Assembly (NCBI GenBank): GCA_963740675.1
Contig: CAVUFS010000009.1
Location: 43,380-107,379, forward strand
Direction: 5' to 3'
DNA: 64,000 nucleotides
Source: an uncultured Alphaproteobacteria bacterium
GTDB taxonomy: Bacteria > Pseudomonadota > Alphaproteobacteria > ATCC43930 > CGMCC-115725
Shown here: one piece after another, positions 40,720 through 50,002 of the stretch
How positions within the stretch are numbered: position 1 is the stretch's first letter
How the letters are laid out: each line of letters begins with the position of its first letter
The notes under the pieces: model-generated
What the model was told of the DNA's origin: nothing
Databases searched by the model: none
What the model saw: only the letters and a program-made list of their open reading frames with translations
Position numbers and translations under genes: made by a program

Positions 40720-42203
40720 TGTTCGGCCGCCGCGGCCTCGAGTTCGACGGAGGATTGCAAGACCGGCTGCGCGGCTTGAACGGCCGCGCCGACGCCGCGC
40801 CCCCGCCGCCGCCCAAGCCCGCCCCGAGCACGGGGCCGGCGATGGCGCCGCCCGCGGCTGCATCTGCCACCACTCAGCCGGCACAAGCCTCGACGGTACC
40901 GGCAGCGCCCGCCACGCCAGCGCAGCCGACGATCTCCGTCCGCAACGCCAGTGTCGCCGATGCGGTGCCGCGCATCTATCCGCTGGCGATCCAACGTATC
41001 GACACGGAAGTTGCCGCCAAGCTCGAGCGCGATGAGCTGGCCCGTCAGCTCACCGACGTCGTCAGCGAAATCATCGTCGAGCTGAAGCTGCAGCTCAATC
41101 ACGCCGAGCAGCGCCAGCTGGTCACGCTGCTGCTCGACGACATGTTAGGCCTTGGTCCGATCGAGCCGCTGCTCGGCGACGAAGGCATCACCGATATCAT
41201 GGTCAACGGCCCGAAGCGGGTTTATGTCGAGCGCAAGGGCAAGCTCGAGCTGACCGACATCACCTTCCGCGACAATTCGCATGTGATGAGCGTCGCGACG
41301 CGTATCGTCACGCAAGTCGGCCGCCGTATCGACAAATTATCGCCGCTGGTCGACGCGCGCCTGATGGACGGCAGTCGCGTCAACATCATCGTCCCGCCAC
41401 TGGCGATCGACGGTCCATCGATCTCGATCCGCAAATATTCCAAGAAATCGATCACCCTCGACGTTATGTCGCGTCAGTCCAACATCTCGGCGGCGATGGC
41501 GTCGGTGCTGAAGATCGCCGCACGATCGCGCCTCAACATCCTGATCTCCGGCGGTACCGGCTCGGGCAAAACGACCTTGCTCAACGCCATGTCGCAGATG
41601 ATCGACCCGACCGAGCGTATCGTCACCATCGAAGACGCGGCCGAATTGCAACTGCAGCAGCCGCATGTCGTCCGGCTCGAAACCCGGCCGCCCAACCTCG
41701 AGGGCAAGGGCGAAATCAGCATGCGCGATCTTTTGAAGAACGCGCTGCGTATGCGTCCCGACCGCATCATCCTCGGCGAAATTCGGTCATCCGAAGCGCT
41801 CGACATGTTGCAGGCCATGAACACGGGCCATGACGGTTCGCTCTCGACCATCCACGCCAACCGGCCGCGCGAGGCACTCACGCGTCTCGAAAACCTCGTC
41901 GGCATGGCGGGCATTCAGCTTCCGGCCAAGGCCGTGCGCCAGCAGATCGCCGCCGCCGTGCATCTGATCCTGCAGATCAGCCGTATGCGCGACGGCGTTC
42001 GCCGCGTCACCTCGGTGACCGAGATCGTCGGTATGGAAGGCGACGTCATCACGACGCAGGATCTCTTCACCTATCAATACGAAGGCGAATTGCCGGACGG
42101 CCGCCTCAAAGGCAGCTTCAATTCGTCGGGCCTGCGTCCCCATTTCATTACCCGCGCCGAATACTACGGTCTCGACCAGGCGCTGGTGGAGGCGATGGGC
42201 TGA
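40719..42203 (+). CDS. cpaF: CpaF/TadA secretion ATPase
   Basis: Walker [12 protein letters not shown], Asp/His boxes ([20 protein letters not shown]), P/A-rich N-terminus. TGATG junction. Confidence 0.9.
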   Translation: MFGRRGLEFDGGLQDRLRGLNGRADAAPPPPPKPAPSTGPAMAPPAAASATTQPAQASTVPAAPATPAQPTISVRNASVADAVPRIYPLAIQRIDTEVAAKLERDELARQLTDVVSEIIVELKLQLNHAEQRQLVTLLLDDMLGLGPIEPLLGDEGITDIMVNGPKRVYVERKGKLELTDITFRDNSHVMSVATRIVTQVGRRIDKLSPLVDARLMDGSRVNIIVPPLAIDGPSISIRKYSKKSITLDVMSRQSNISAAMASVLKIAARSRLNILISGGTGSGKTTLLNAMSQMIDPTERIVTIEDAAELQLQQPHVVRLETRPPNLEGKGEISMRDLLKNALRMRPDRIILGEIRSSEALDMLQAMNTGHDGSLSTIHANRPREALTRLENLVGMAGIQLPAKAVRQQIAAAVHLILQISRMRDGVRRVTSVTEIVGMEGDVITTQDLFTYQYEGELPDGRLKGSFNSSGLRPHFITRAEYYGLDQALVEAMG

Positions 42204-43171
42204 TGAATGGCCCGCAATTCCTCCTCATCTTCGCTCTAGCGCTGTCGACGGTCGTCGCCGGGTGGTGCGCCTTCGCGCCCGCCGGTCTGCGCGAGCGCCT
42301 GGCCAAGCGCGCCCTCGCCGCGGTGAAAAAGGGCGCGGCGCAGAAGAAGAAGCGCGACATCCCGACGTTGCGTCTCAATCCGAATGCGACGCGGCTCGAC
42401 ATTTTCACCAGCCGCATTCTGCCCAATCCCGAGCATTGGCGCCGCATGCTCGAGCGCAGCGGTACCGGCTGGTCGCTTGGCAAGTTCGGCGCCGTCGCGG
42501 TGATTATCGGTGTTGTTGCCCTTGTCGCGGCGATGTTGCTGCGTTTCCCGACCGTCGTCGCCTGGGGCGTCGGCGGCCTCGCCGGCTGGTATCTGCCGCG
42601 GCTCTACATCCATTGGATGATCAAGCGCCGCAGCAAGAATTTCCTCGCTCTCTTTCCCGATGCGATCGGCCTGATGGTGCGCGGCGTGCGCTCCGGTCTG
42701 CCGGTGACCGAGACGATCATCAATGTCGGCCGCGAAATGAAAGGCGTGGTCGGCTATGAGTTTCGCAAGATCTCGGACCAGATCCAGCTCGGACAGGCAC
42801 TCGAAGAAGTGATGTGGCAGGCAGCTGGCCGCATCGATCTCGCTGAATTCACTTTCATGTGCATCTCGTTCTCGATCCAGCGCGAGACCGGCGGCAATCT
42901 CGCCGAAACGCTCGACAATCTCGAGCAGCTCTTGCGCAACCGCAAGCAGATGCAATTGAAGATCCGCGCCTATTCTTCAGAAGCGCGCGCCAGCTCGATG
43001 ATCATCGGTTCGCTGCCTTTCATCATGCTCGGCTTATTGAGCGTGGTGAACTGGCCGTACATCTCGACGCTGTTCTATTCGCATGGCGGCAACATGCTGC
43101 TGGCCGGCGCGGCCGGCTGTCTCATTCTCGGCATCGCCGCGCTGACCAAGCTCGCGAGCTTCGAGATATGA
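42203..43171 (+). CDS. tadB: TadB (type II secretion system F-family inner-membrane protein)
   Basis: T2SSF-type layout and TGATG junction with cpaF. Confidence 0.85.
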   Translation: MNGPQFLLIFALALSTVVAGWCAFAPAGLRERLAKRALAAVKKGAAQKKKRDIPTLRLNPNATRLDIFTSRILPNPEHWRRMLERSGTGWSLGKFGAVAVIIGVVALVAAMLLRFPTVVAWGVGGLAGWYLPRLYIHWMIKRRSKNFLALFPDAIGLMVRGVRSGLPVTETIINVGREMKGVVGYEFRKISDQIQLGQALEEVMWQAAGRIDLAEFTFMCISFSIQRETGGNLAETLDNLEQLLRNRKQMQLKIRAYSSEARASSMIIGSLPFIMLGLLSVVNWPYISTLFYSHGGNMLLAGAAGCLILGIAALTKLASFEI

Positions 43172-44127
43172 GCGGCTTTATCGCGACCATGATGCGGTGG
43201 GGCGGCGACAATCTGCTGTCGGCGCTGCTGATGGCGATGATGCTCGGCGCGATGCTCGCCGGCTATTTCGCCGCCGCGCCCGGCAATCCTCTCGCCATGC
43301 GCCTCGGCACGCTCAAGGACCGTGTCAGCGGCAAGGCGCCGGTCGGCAAGAAGCAAAGCTTCAAATTCACCTTTTCGGTCGCAACGCTGAAGAAGCTCGT
43401 CGAAGCGCTGAAACTGACGCGCGGCGAGGAAGCGCAAAGCACCGCCGACAAGCTGCTGAAAGCAGGCTACCGCTCGCGCGAGGCGCTGGTCATCTATATG
43501 GGCATCCGCCTGGTGCTGCCCGTGCTCCTCACCAGCCTCGTCTTCCTTATCGTCTCGATGTTCCATCTGGCGATGGCGCAGCTCATCCTGTCCGGCAGCG
43601 GCATCGCGATCTCCGCCACCTATCTGCCGCCGATGGTCCTGAAGAAGATCACGGCATCGCGCAACCGCCGCTTCACCCGATCATTGCCCGACGTGCTCGA
43701 TCTGCTGGTGATCTGCGCCGAAGGCGGCCTCAGCCTCGATGGCGCGCTTAGCCGCGTAGCACGCGAGTTCCGCCGCTTCCTGCCGGAGATGGCGGACGAG
43801 CTGGGCCTCACCGCGATCGAGCTCGGCTTCCTGCCGCAACGCCGCGACGCGCTCGAGAATCTCGCCAAGCGCGTCGACATTCCCGGCATCCAAAGCCTTA
43901 CGCACACCCTCATCCAGACCGAGCGCTACGGCACGCCACTGGCGCAATCGCTGCGCGCGCTATCGAGCGAATTGCGCGACGAGCGTATGCTGAAGGCCGA
44001 AGAAAAGGCCGCGAAGCTGCCGGCGACGATGACCGTGCCGATGATCATCTTCATCTTGCCGGCGACCTTCATCATCCTGGTCGGTCCGGCAGCGATCAAC
44101 GTCTTCCACGTCATGCACCAGCACTAG
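43168..44127 (+). CDS. tadC: TadC (type II secretion system F-family inner-membrane protein)
   Basis: T2SSF-type layout (…LPDVLDLLVICAEGGLSLDGAL…). ATGA overlap with tadB. The track ORF start at 42859 is an extension. Confidence 0.85.
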   Translation: MSGFIATMMRWGGDNLLSALLMAMMLGAMLAGYFAAAPGNPLAMRLGTLKDRVSGKAPVGKKQSFKFTFSVATLKKLVEALKLTRGEEAQSTADKLLKAGYRSREALVIYMGIRLVLPVLLTSLVFLIVSMFHLAMAQLILSGSGIAISATYLPPMVLKKITASRNRRFTRSLPDVLDLLVICAEGGLSLDGALSRVAREFRRFLPEMADELGLTAIELGFLPQRRDALENLAKRVDIPGIQSLTHTLIQTERYGTPLAQSLRALSSELRDERMLKAEEKAAKLPATMTVPMIIFILPATFIILVGPAAINVFHVMHQH

Positions 44128-45290
44128 CGTTTGCGCTTGGCCTTTGGCTTTGCCTTCGCTTTCGCTTTCGCTTTCGCTTTCGCTTTCGCTTTCGCAAGCT
44201 TCGCCGGCGCTGCGGCCGCTTGCGTCGGCAATTTGATCTTCAATAGCCGCGCGGCATTGCCGCCCAGAATTGCGTCCTTGTTGGCGCGGGTGAGCTTCGC
44301 CGTCTCGACGAAGTTTACGGCGTCGGGCAACGCCATATCGTAGGGGTAATCCGTCCCCAGAATGATGTGATCGCTGCCGTAGAGCCCCGTCAGATAGTCG
44401 AGCTGATGGTGGGTGAAGACGATCGTGTCGAAATAGAGCTTCTTCAGATAATGACTTGGCGGCCGCTTGATCACCTGGCGGCAATCGGGGCGCGCGCGAT
44501 GCGCGTGATCGTAGCGGCCGCTATAGGCCGCCGCGTAACCGCCGCCATGGGCGAGGCAGATTTTCAGCTTGGGATAGGATTCGAGCACGCCGCCGAAGAT
44601 CAGATGGCTGACCGCCACCGTCGTATCGAGCGGGTTGCCGATGACGTTGATGAAATAATGCTCGGCGAGACGCTGGCCATGGGTGAAGCCGGCCGGGTGC
44701 ATGAAGATCAGGATGTCGAGTTCTTGCGCTTTGGCGAAGAACGGCCGGAAGCGCGGATCGGAGAGCTCCATGCCGCCGACATTGGTGCCGATTTCGACGC
44801 CGCGCAGGCCCAGCTCTTTCACCAGCCGCTCGAGCTCGGCGACCGCCAGTTCGGGCGCTTGCAGCGGCACCGTACCGAGGCCGACGAAACGGTCGGGATG
44901 CGAGGCCACGACCTCGGCGATCCGGTTGTTGATGAGCCGCGCACATTCGCGGCCGAGCTCAGGTTCCGTCCAATAGTAGTAGGTCGGCGAAGGCGAGACC
45001 GCCTGTATATCGATCCCCATCCGATCCATATCCTTGATCCGTTGCTCGACCGAGGTGAGCTGCGTGCGGATACTCTCTTCCTGCTTGCGGCCGACCTCTT
45101 TTGTCATCGCGCTCGAGAAAGTCAGCATCGCCTCGCGTGTCGGATCGAAGGCGTCCTTCGTCAGCGCCGCCGCTTCGGGCGTCATCACATGGCAGTGGAT
45201 ATCGACAGTCGCACTATGGCGGCCGCTCTTGGCGCGGGCGCGCAGCGGCGAAGCGTGAGAAGAAGATGCAGGCAAGCAGGAATAGAACAT
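44124..45290 (-). CDS. Amidohydrolase_2 (ACMSD-like) family protein with C-terminal (Lys-Ala)n tail
   Basis: VDIHCHVMTPE metal motif, LAHGGGY. The C-terminus reads …PAKLAKAKAKAKAKAKAKAKPKAKRKR*. AAGAGG SD before the ATG at 45290. Confidence 0.8.
   Translation of the reverse strand: MFYSCLPASSSHASPLRARAKSGRHSATVDIHCHVMTPEAAALTKDAFDPTREAMLTFSSAMTKEVGRKQEESIRTQLTSVEQRIKDMDRMGIDIQAVSPSPTYYYWTEPELGRECARLINNRIAEVVASHPDRFVGLGTVPLQAPELAVAELERLVKELGLRGVEIGTNVGGMELSDPRFRPFFAKAQELDILIFMHPAGFTHGQRLAEHYFINVIGNPLDTTVAVSHLIFGGVLESYPKLKICLAHGGGYAAAYSGRYDHAHRARPDCRQVIKRPPSHYLKKLYFDTIVFTHHQLDYLTGLYGSDHIILGTDYPYDMALPDAVNFVETAKLTRANKDAILGGNAARLLKIKLPTQAAAAPAKLAKAKAKAKAKAKAKAKPKAKRKR
44139..44195. repeat. Hexanucleotide microsatellite (ttcgct)~6.8 plus degenerate flanking units, coding for (KA)n on the minus strand
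   Basis: Perfect ttcgct units span 44155-44195. Degenerate cctttggctttgcc precedes them. Confidence 0.9.
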
Positions 45291-45649
45291 GCGGACCTCT
45301 TGGGATGGAGAAGAGAGGATACCGGGGTGATGTTGCCGCTCGCACGATGCGGCCGTTATTGAGAATGACAATATCGCCCGCCGCGGCAAAGACGAGTGCC
45401 GGATTCTGCGCGAGCGGAACGATGGACAGGCCTCCCGCCGGCGCCCCTGCCCTCTCTGGATGCCGCTCTCGATCCGTAGTCCCGTCTTGGTAGTCGGCGC
45501 CTGATCCGCGCCGGCGCTATCGTGCTTTGTTGTCATGACAACCATTCAGCGAGAGAGGAGGGTCTCGTTAACCACTCGCCAGCCATGGCGTTTTCGCACA
45601 TCCGTCAAGCTTGCCCGGGCCGTGCGGCGTCTTTAAGGTGCGAAGGCGG

Positions 45650-46384
45650 ATGGAACCAAGGCAACCCAAAGAACAAAAACCGGAAGCGGCACCGCGCGAG
45701 GCCGTTGTCCCTGCCGTGTCCCCCCGAGCCCGTCACCGTATGGCGCCGCAGGATCGCGAGCGCCTCATCCTCGACAACGCTCTGCGCTTTTTCGCCGAGC
45801 GCGGCTTGGCTGGCGAGACCCGTGAGCTGGCGCGGCGGCTCGGTGTCACGCAATCGCTGATCTATCGCTACTTCCCGAGCAAGGACGTGCTGATCGAGCG
45901 CGTCTACGATAAATGGTTCAACGAATATTGGAATCCGGCCTGGGCCGATTGGATCAGCGAACGGCGTCTCAGCCTCGAAGAGCGGCTGCTCGCTTTTTAT
46001 CGCGACTATGTACGGCTTTGCCACAATTATGAATGGGTGAGGCTGTTCGCCTTCTCCGGCCTGGACGGGCTGCCGCATCACGTCCGGTATGTGATGCGCA
46101 ATCGCGAAGAGATTTTTACGCGCATCGCCAGCGAACTGCGCCACGATCACGGCCTGCCCGGCCTCGACGAGATTCCGCTTACTGAGTTCGAGCACGACCA
46201 GATCTGGGCGCTGCATGCGACGCAGTTCTATATCGGCCAACGCCGTTGGTTGTTCGGCTTGGCGGCGCCTAGCGATGTGAACGGTGTCGTGGCGACACGC
46301 GTGCACGGCTTCATGACCGCAGCGCCGGCGCTGATCAAAGCGCATATCATCAGCCTCAAAGCCAAGCGAATGGCCAACGGCTGA
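45650..46384 (+). CDS. TetR family transcriptional regulator
   Basis: HTH region ERLILDNALRFFAERGLAGETRELARRLGVTQSLIYRYFPSK. Start uncertain (45650, or the later ATG of MAPQD). Confidence 0.8.
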   Translation: MEPRQPKEQKPEAAPREAVVPAVSPRARHRMAPQDRERLILDNALRFFAERGLAGETRELARRLGVTQSLIYRYFPSKDVLIERVYDKWFNEYWNPAWADWISERRLSLEERLLAFYRDYVRLCHNYEWVRLFAFSGLDGLPHHVRYVMRNREEIFTRIASELRHDHGLPGLDEIPLTEFEHDQIWALHATQFYIGQRRWLFGLAAPSDVNGVVATRVHGFMTAAPALIKAHIISLKAKRMANG

Positions 46385-46386
46385 TA

Positions 46387-47577
46387 ATGGCGGAGACCGT
46401 GCCGCCTTCCTTCGAGATGCTGAAAGCACGGGCGCGGGCGCTTGTGCCGACGTTGCGCGCGCGCGCCGTCGAATGCGAAGAATTGCGCCGGGTACCGGAT
46501 GCCAGCATCGCCGACCTGCATAAGAGCGGCCTCTTCCGCATGCTGCAGCCAAAACGGGTTGGCGGCAGCGAGCTGCCCTATCGCGCGCTGGTCGAGTTGA
46601 GCGCGATCCTCGCCGAAGGCTGCGGCTCGACCTCTTGGGTCGTCGCCAACCTCGCCAGCCATCACTGGATGCTGGCGATGTGGCCCGAAGAGGCACAGGC
46701 CGAGGTCTGGGGCGAATCGCCGGATCATCTGATTGGCTCGGCGCTCGTCTTCCCCAGCGGCAAAGCGACGGCGGTGACCGACGGCTATGTGCTGAGCGGC
46801 CGCTGGCCATTCTCGAGCGGCGTCGATGCCTCGCAATGGAATTTCGTCGGCGGCATCGTCCATGACGCGAAGGACAAGCCGGTCGAGCAGCGCTGCTTCC
46901 TCGTCGGTGCCGGCGACTACGGTGTCATCGACACCTGGTATGCGGCCGGATTGCGCGGCACCGGCAGCAAAGACATCGAGATGAAGGATGTTTTCGTGCC
47001 GGCGCATCGCACCTTGCCGCTGACGGCGCTGGTCGGCAACGGCGCCGCGTCCGGCAGCGCGATCAATCCTGCGCCGCTCTACAAGCTGCCGGTACTTGGC
47101 CTGTTCGCTTTCGTGGTGAGCGGGGTGTCGCTCGGCCTCGCGCGCGGCGCGATCGGCGATTTCACGCAGCAGATGCATTCGCGCATCGCCACCTATTCCG
47201 GCCGGCGCCTCGCCGATCTCGCCAATCTGCAGTTAAAGGTCGGCGAGGCCTCGGCGCTGGCCGATACCGCCGAGGCCCTGATGCTGAAAGGTTGCGACGA
47301 AGCGATGGCGCTCACCGACGCCGGCGTGCCGCCGACGATCGAGCAAAAAGCCCGCTGGCGCCGCGACGGCGCCTATGCCGCCTCGCTCTGCACTGAAGCG
47401 GTTAATCTGCTCTTCGCCGCGACCGGTGGCGGTGGGCTCTATCTTAATCAGACGATCCAGCGTGCCTTTCGCGACGCGCATGCGGCGAACGCGCATTACG
47501 CGCTGAGCTGGGACGTCAACGGCACGCAATGGGGCCGCATCGCCCTCGGCCTGCCAGCCGAAGCCGTGGTGCTTTAG
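46387..47577 (+). CDS. Acyl-CoA dehydrogenase-fold flavin-dependent monooxygenase (HsaA/HpaH-C2/DszC-like)
   Basis: About 396 aa with N-terminus …VPDASIADLHKSGLFRMLQPKRVGG.E… typical of this group. Starts 2 nt after the TetR stop. Confidence 0.7.
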   Translation: MAETVPPSFEMLKARARALVPTLRARAVECEELRRVPDASIADLHKSGLFRMLQPKRVGGSELPYRALVELSAILAEGCGSTSWVVANLASHHWMLAMWPEEAQAEVWGESPDHLIGSALVFPSGKATAVTDGYVLSGRWPFSSGVDASQWNFVGGIVHDAKDKPVEQRCFLVGAGDYGVIDTWYAAGLRGTGSKDIEMKDVFVPAHRTLPLTALVGNGAASGSAINPAPLYKLPVLGLFAFVVSGVSLGLARGAIGDFTQQMHSRIATYSGRRLADLANLQLKVGEASALADTAEALMLKGCDEAMALTDAGVPPTIEQKARWRRDGAYAASLCTEAVNLLFAATGGGGLYLNQTIQRAFRDAHAANAHYALSWDVNGTQWGRIALGLPAEAVVL

Positions 47578-47590
47578 AAAGCAAAAAGGC

Positions 47591-47665
47591 AAACCGCCAA
47601 GACACAAAGGCGCCAAGAAAACAAACTTTGCGTCTTGGCGCCTTGGCGGTTTCTTGGCTTTAATT
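47591..47665. terminator. Bidirectional compound hairpin terminator
   Basis: Arms aaaccgccaa…ttggcggttt and ggcgccaaga…tcttggcgcc, followed by ttaatttttta. Lies between convergent genes. Confidence 0.7.
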
Positions 47666-47667
47666 TT

Positions 47668-48603
47668 TTAATGCAAGCCGTCGTCGACTTTGACGTTCTC
47701 GGACTTCAGCTTGAGACCTGACGCATCGGCCTGCTGCAGGATCAGCGTCGCGAAATCATCGTCGACATGGCCGCGCGCGATGAGGCTTTGCACCAGCTCG
47801 CGCGTAATCGCCGTCACCGGCATCGAGGCGCCGGTGCGCTCGGCCGCATCGAGGCCAAGATCGAGATCCTTCTTCAGGAGCACCGGCGTGAAGGTCGGTG
47901 CAAAATCGAGATTGACCAGCGCCGGCGATTTGTAGCGCGAGAACACCGAGCCCATCACGCTGTTGTTGAGGAATTCGAGGAAGGCATGGCGCGGCACGCC
48001 GCCTTTCTCGGCCAGCACAGTCACCTCGGTGAGCGATTGGATCACGACGCCGAGGAAGACGTTGTGGCAAATCTTCACGAGGCGCGCGAGCTCGCCCTCG
48101 CCGACATAACTCGCGCCTTTGCCGATCGCGTCGAGATAAGGCAGCGCCGCGTCATAGGCCGCGCGCGGGCCCGACACGACGAAGCTGAGCTTGCCCGCCT
48201 TCACCACTTTCGCATTGCCGCTGACCGGTGCCGCGAGCATCTCGACGCCGCGCTTTTTCGCGGCTTCGCGCACCTTGGCCGACGATTCTTCCGAGACCGT
48301 CGAGCTGTCGATCAGGATTTTCGGCTGCTGATTGCCGCTGAGCACACCATTCGCGCCGAGCGTCACTTCCTCGAGATCATGCGAGGCGGCGACGGTGACG
48401 AACACGATATCGCGATCGGCCAGCGCGGCCGGGCTTTCGACGATGCTGCAGCCGCTTTTCGCCAGCGGCTCCGCCTTGGCGCGCGTGCGGTTCCAGACCG
48501 CGACATCGGCCCCCGCTTTTGCCAGCCGCTCGGCCATCGCATAGCCCATGCGGCCGCCGGCCCCGATCCAACCAATCTTGTGCTGCGTCACTGCGGATGG
48601 CAT
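47668..48603 (-). CDS. 3-hydroxyisobutyrate dehydrogenase-family NAD(P)-dependent oxidoreductase
   Basis: IGWIGAGGRMGYAMAERL Rossmann motif and a family-typical C-terminal domain. Confidence 0.85.
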   Translation of the reverse strand: MPSAVTQHKIGWIGAGGRMGYAMAERLAKAGADVAVWNRTRAKAEPLAKSGCSIVESPAALADRDIVFVTVAASHDLEEVTLGANGVLSGNQQPKILIDSSTVSEESSAKVREAAKKRGVEMLAAPVSGNAKVVKAGKLSFVVSGPRAAYDAALPYLDAIGKGASYVGEGELARLVKICHNVFLGVVIQSLTEVTVLAEKGGVPRHAFLEFLNNSVMGSVFSRYKSPALVNLDFAPTFTPVLLKKDLDLGLDAAERTGASMPVTAITRELVQSLIARGHVDDDFATLILQQADASGLKLKSENVKVDDGLH

Positions 48604-48654
48604 GGTTTGTGCGTCCTTTTCGATCACGACTGATCAGATGAAAGCTCTAGCTTC

Positions 48655-49860
48655 ATGACCGATATGCTTCAACCCCTGTATTTCCCCGAGCTGCCGCCCG
48701 AATTGCGGCCCATCATGGAAGCGTTCTACCCGCGCTTTTCCGATGCCGAGATGCAGCGGCGCCGCGCCATGCTGCAAGAGCTCATGGCAGCGGCGGGCGT
48801 CGAGTACCTGTTGCTCTATGGCGCCAACCGTGCCGGCAATGCGATCCAATATTTCACGCATTGGCCCACCACCACCGAAGCCGCCTGCATCGTGTCGGCG
48901 GGTGCGCGCGACAAGATGTTCATCCAATTCTACAACCACGTCGCCCTCGCCCGAGAAATCGCCAGTGAGACCGATGTCGAATGGGGCGGCGATTTCGGCA
49001 TCGGAAGTGCTATCGCCGAATTGGAAAAGCGCGGCGCCAAGCGCGACCGCGTCGGATTCATCGGGCCGCTTGGCTATCGGCTTCATGCGCAGCTTGTCGA
49101 GCGTTTCGGCAAAGTCACCGATCTCGGCGGCGCCTATATGCAGCGCCGGCTCTACAAATCGGAGGAAGAGATCCGCTGGTACCGGCTGGGTGCGCTGATG
49201 TCGGATCGTGGTCTGGCGGCACTCGCCGCCGCGATCAAGCCGGGCGTGACGGAACGCGAATTGGGCGCGGCGATCGAGGCGTCCTACCTCCCCTATGGCG
49301 GCACCAACGTCATCCATTTCATCGGCGCCACGTCGATGGCCAATCCCAATTGCCACGTGCCACGGCAATTCCCCTCGACCCGGCGTATCGAGAAAGGCGA
49401 TGCCGTCTTCACCGAGATCAGCGCCGCGTTTTGGGATTATTCCGGACAGGTGCTGCGCACCTTCACGGTCGATGCCGAGCCGACGCCGCTTTATCGCGAT
49501 CTGCACAAAGCGGCGGACGCCGCGTTCGATGCCGTCACCGGCATTCTGCGCGAAGGCGCGACGCCAGCCGATGTTGTCACCGCGTCAGGCGTGATCGAGG
49601 ACGCCGGCTTCACCACCGACGACGATCTCACGCATGGCTATGGCGGCGGCTACCTGCCGCCGATCATCGGCTCGAAAAGCCGACCATCCGGTAAGCTGCC
49701 CGATTTGGTCTTCAAGGCCGGCATGATGTTGGTTGTGCAGCCCAACGTCATCAGCAAGGACGGCAAGGCAGGCGTGCAAACCGGCGAATGCGTCCTGATC
49801 ACCAAGACCGGTTTCGAGCGGCTGCACAACGCGCCGCGTGGATTCCGGCGCGTGGGCTAA
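48655..49860 (+). CDS. M24-family metallopeptidase/creatinase-like hydrolase
   Basis: Creatinase-like N-domain plus pita-bread C-domain (…THGYGGGY…, …LVVQPNV…). Confidence 0.7.
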   Translation: MTDMLQPLYFPELPPELRPIMEAFYPRFSDAEMQRRRAMLQELMAAAGVEYLLLYGANRAGNAIQYFTHWPTTTEAACIVSAGARDKMFIQFYNHVALAREIASETDVEWGGDFGIGSAIAELEKRGAKRDRVGFIGPLGYRLHAQLVERFGKVTDLGGAYMQRRLYKSEEEIRWYRLGALMSDRGLAALAAAIKPGVTERELGAAIEASYLPYGGTNVIHFIGATSMANPNCHVPRQFPSTRRIEKGDAVFTEISAAFWDYSGQVLRTFTVDAEPTPLYRDLHKAADAAFDAVTGILREGATPADVVTASGVIEDAGFTTDDDLTHGYGGGYLPPIIGSKSRPSGKLPDLVFKAGMMLVVQPNVISKDGKAGVQTGECVLITKTGFERLHNAPRGFRRVG

Positions 49861-50002
49861 CGACGGCAAGCAAGCCGCACGGTCGTTTTGCGGCCGGCGG
49901 CCTGCACGCTTCCACGCGGTTTCCGCCATCTGATTTAATTCGGTCGTAACGCATCTGCCACTGAACTGTGATAGGAGGTAGGCGAACGCTTGTGGAGGCA
50001 TC

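Noticed and set aside
39289-40884. 531-aa minus-strand ORF over cpaD/cpaE/cpaF
   Set aside because: It is antisense to three well-supported tad genes, has a low-complexity R/A/G composition, and has no SD or family motif.
44139-44195. Short tandem repeat considered as a possible CRISPR or other array
   Set aside because: It is a 6-nt microsatellite inside a coding frame. There are no spacers, no 20-40-nt repeats and no cas genes.
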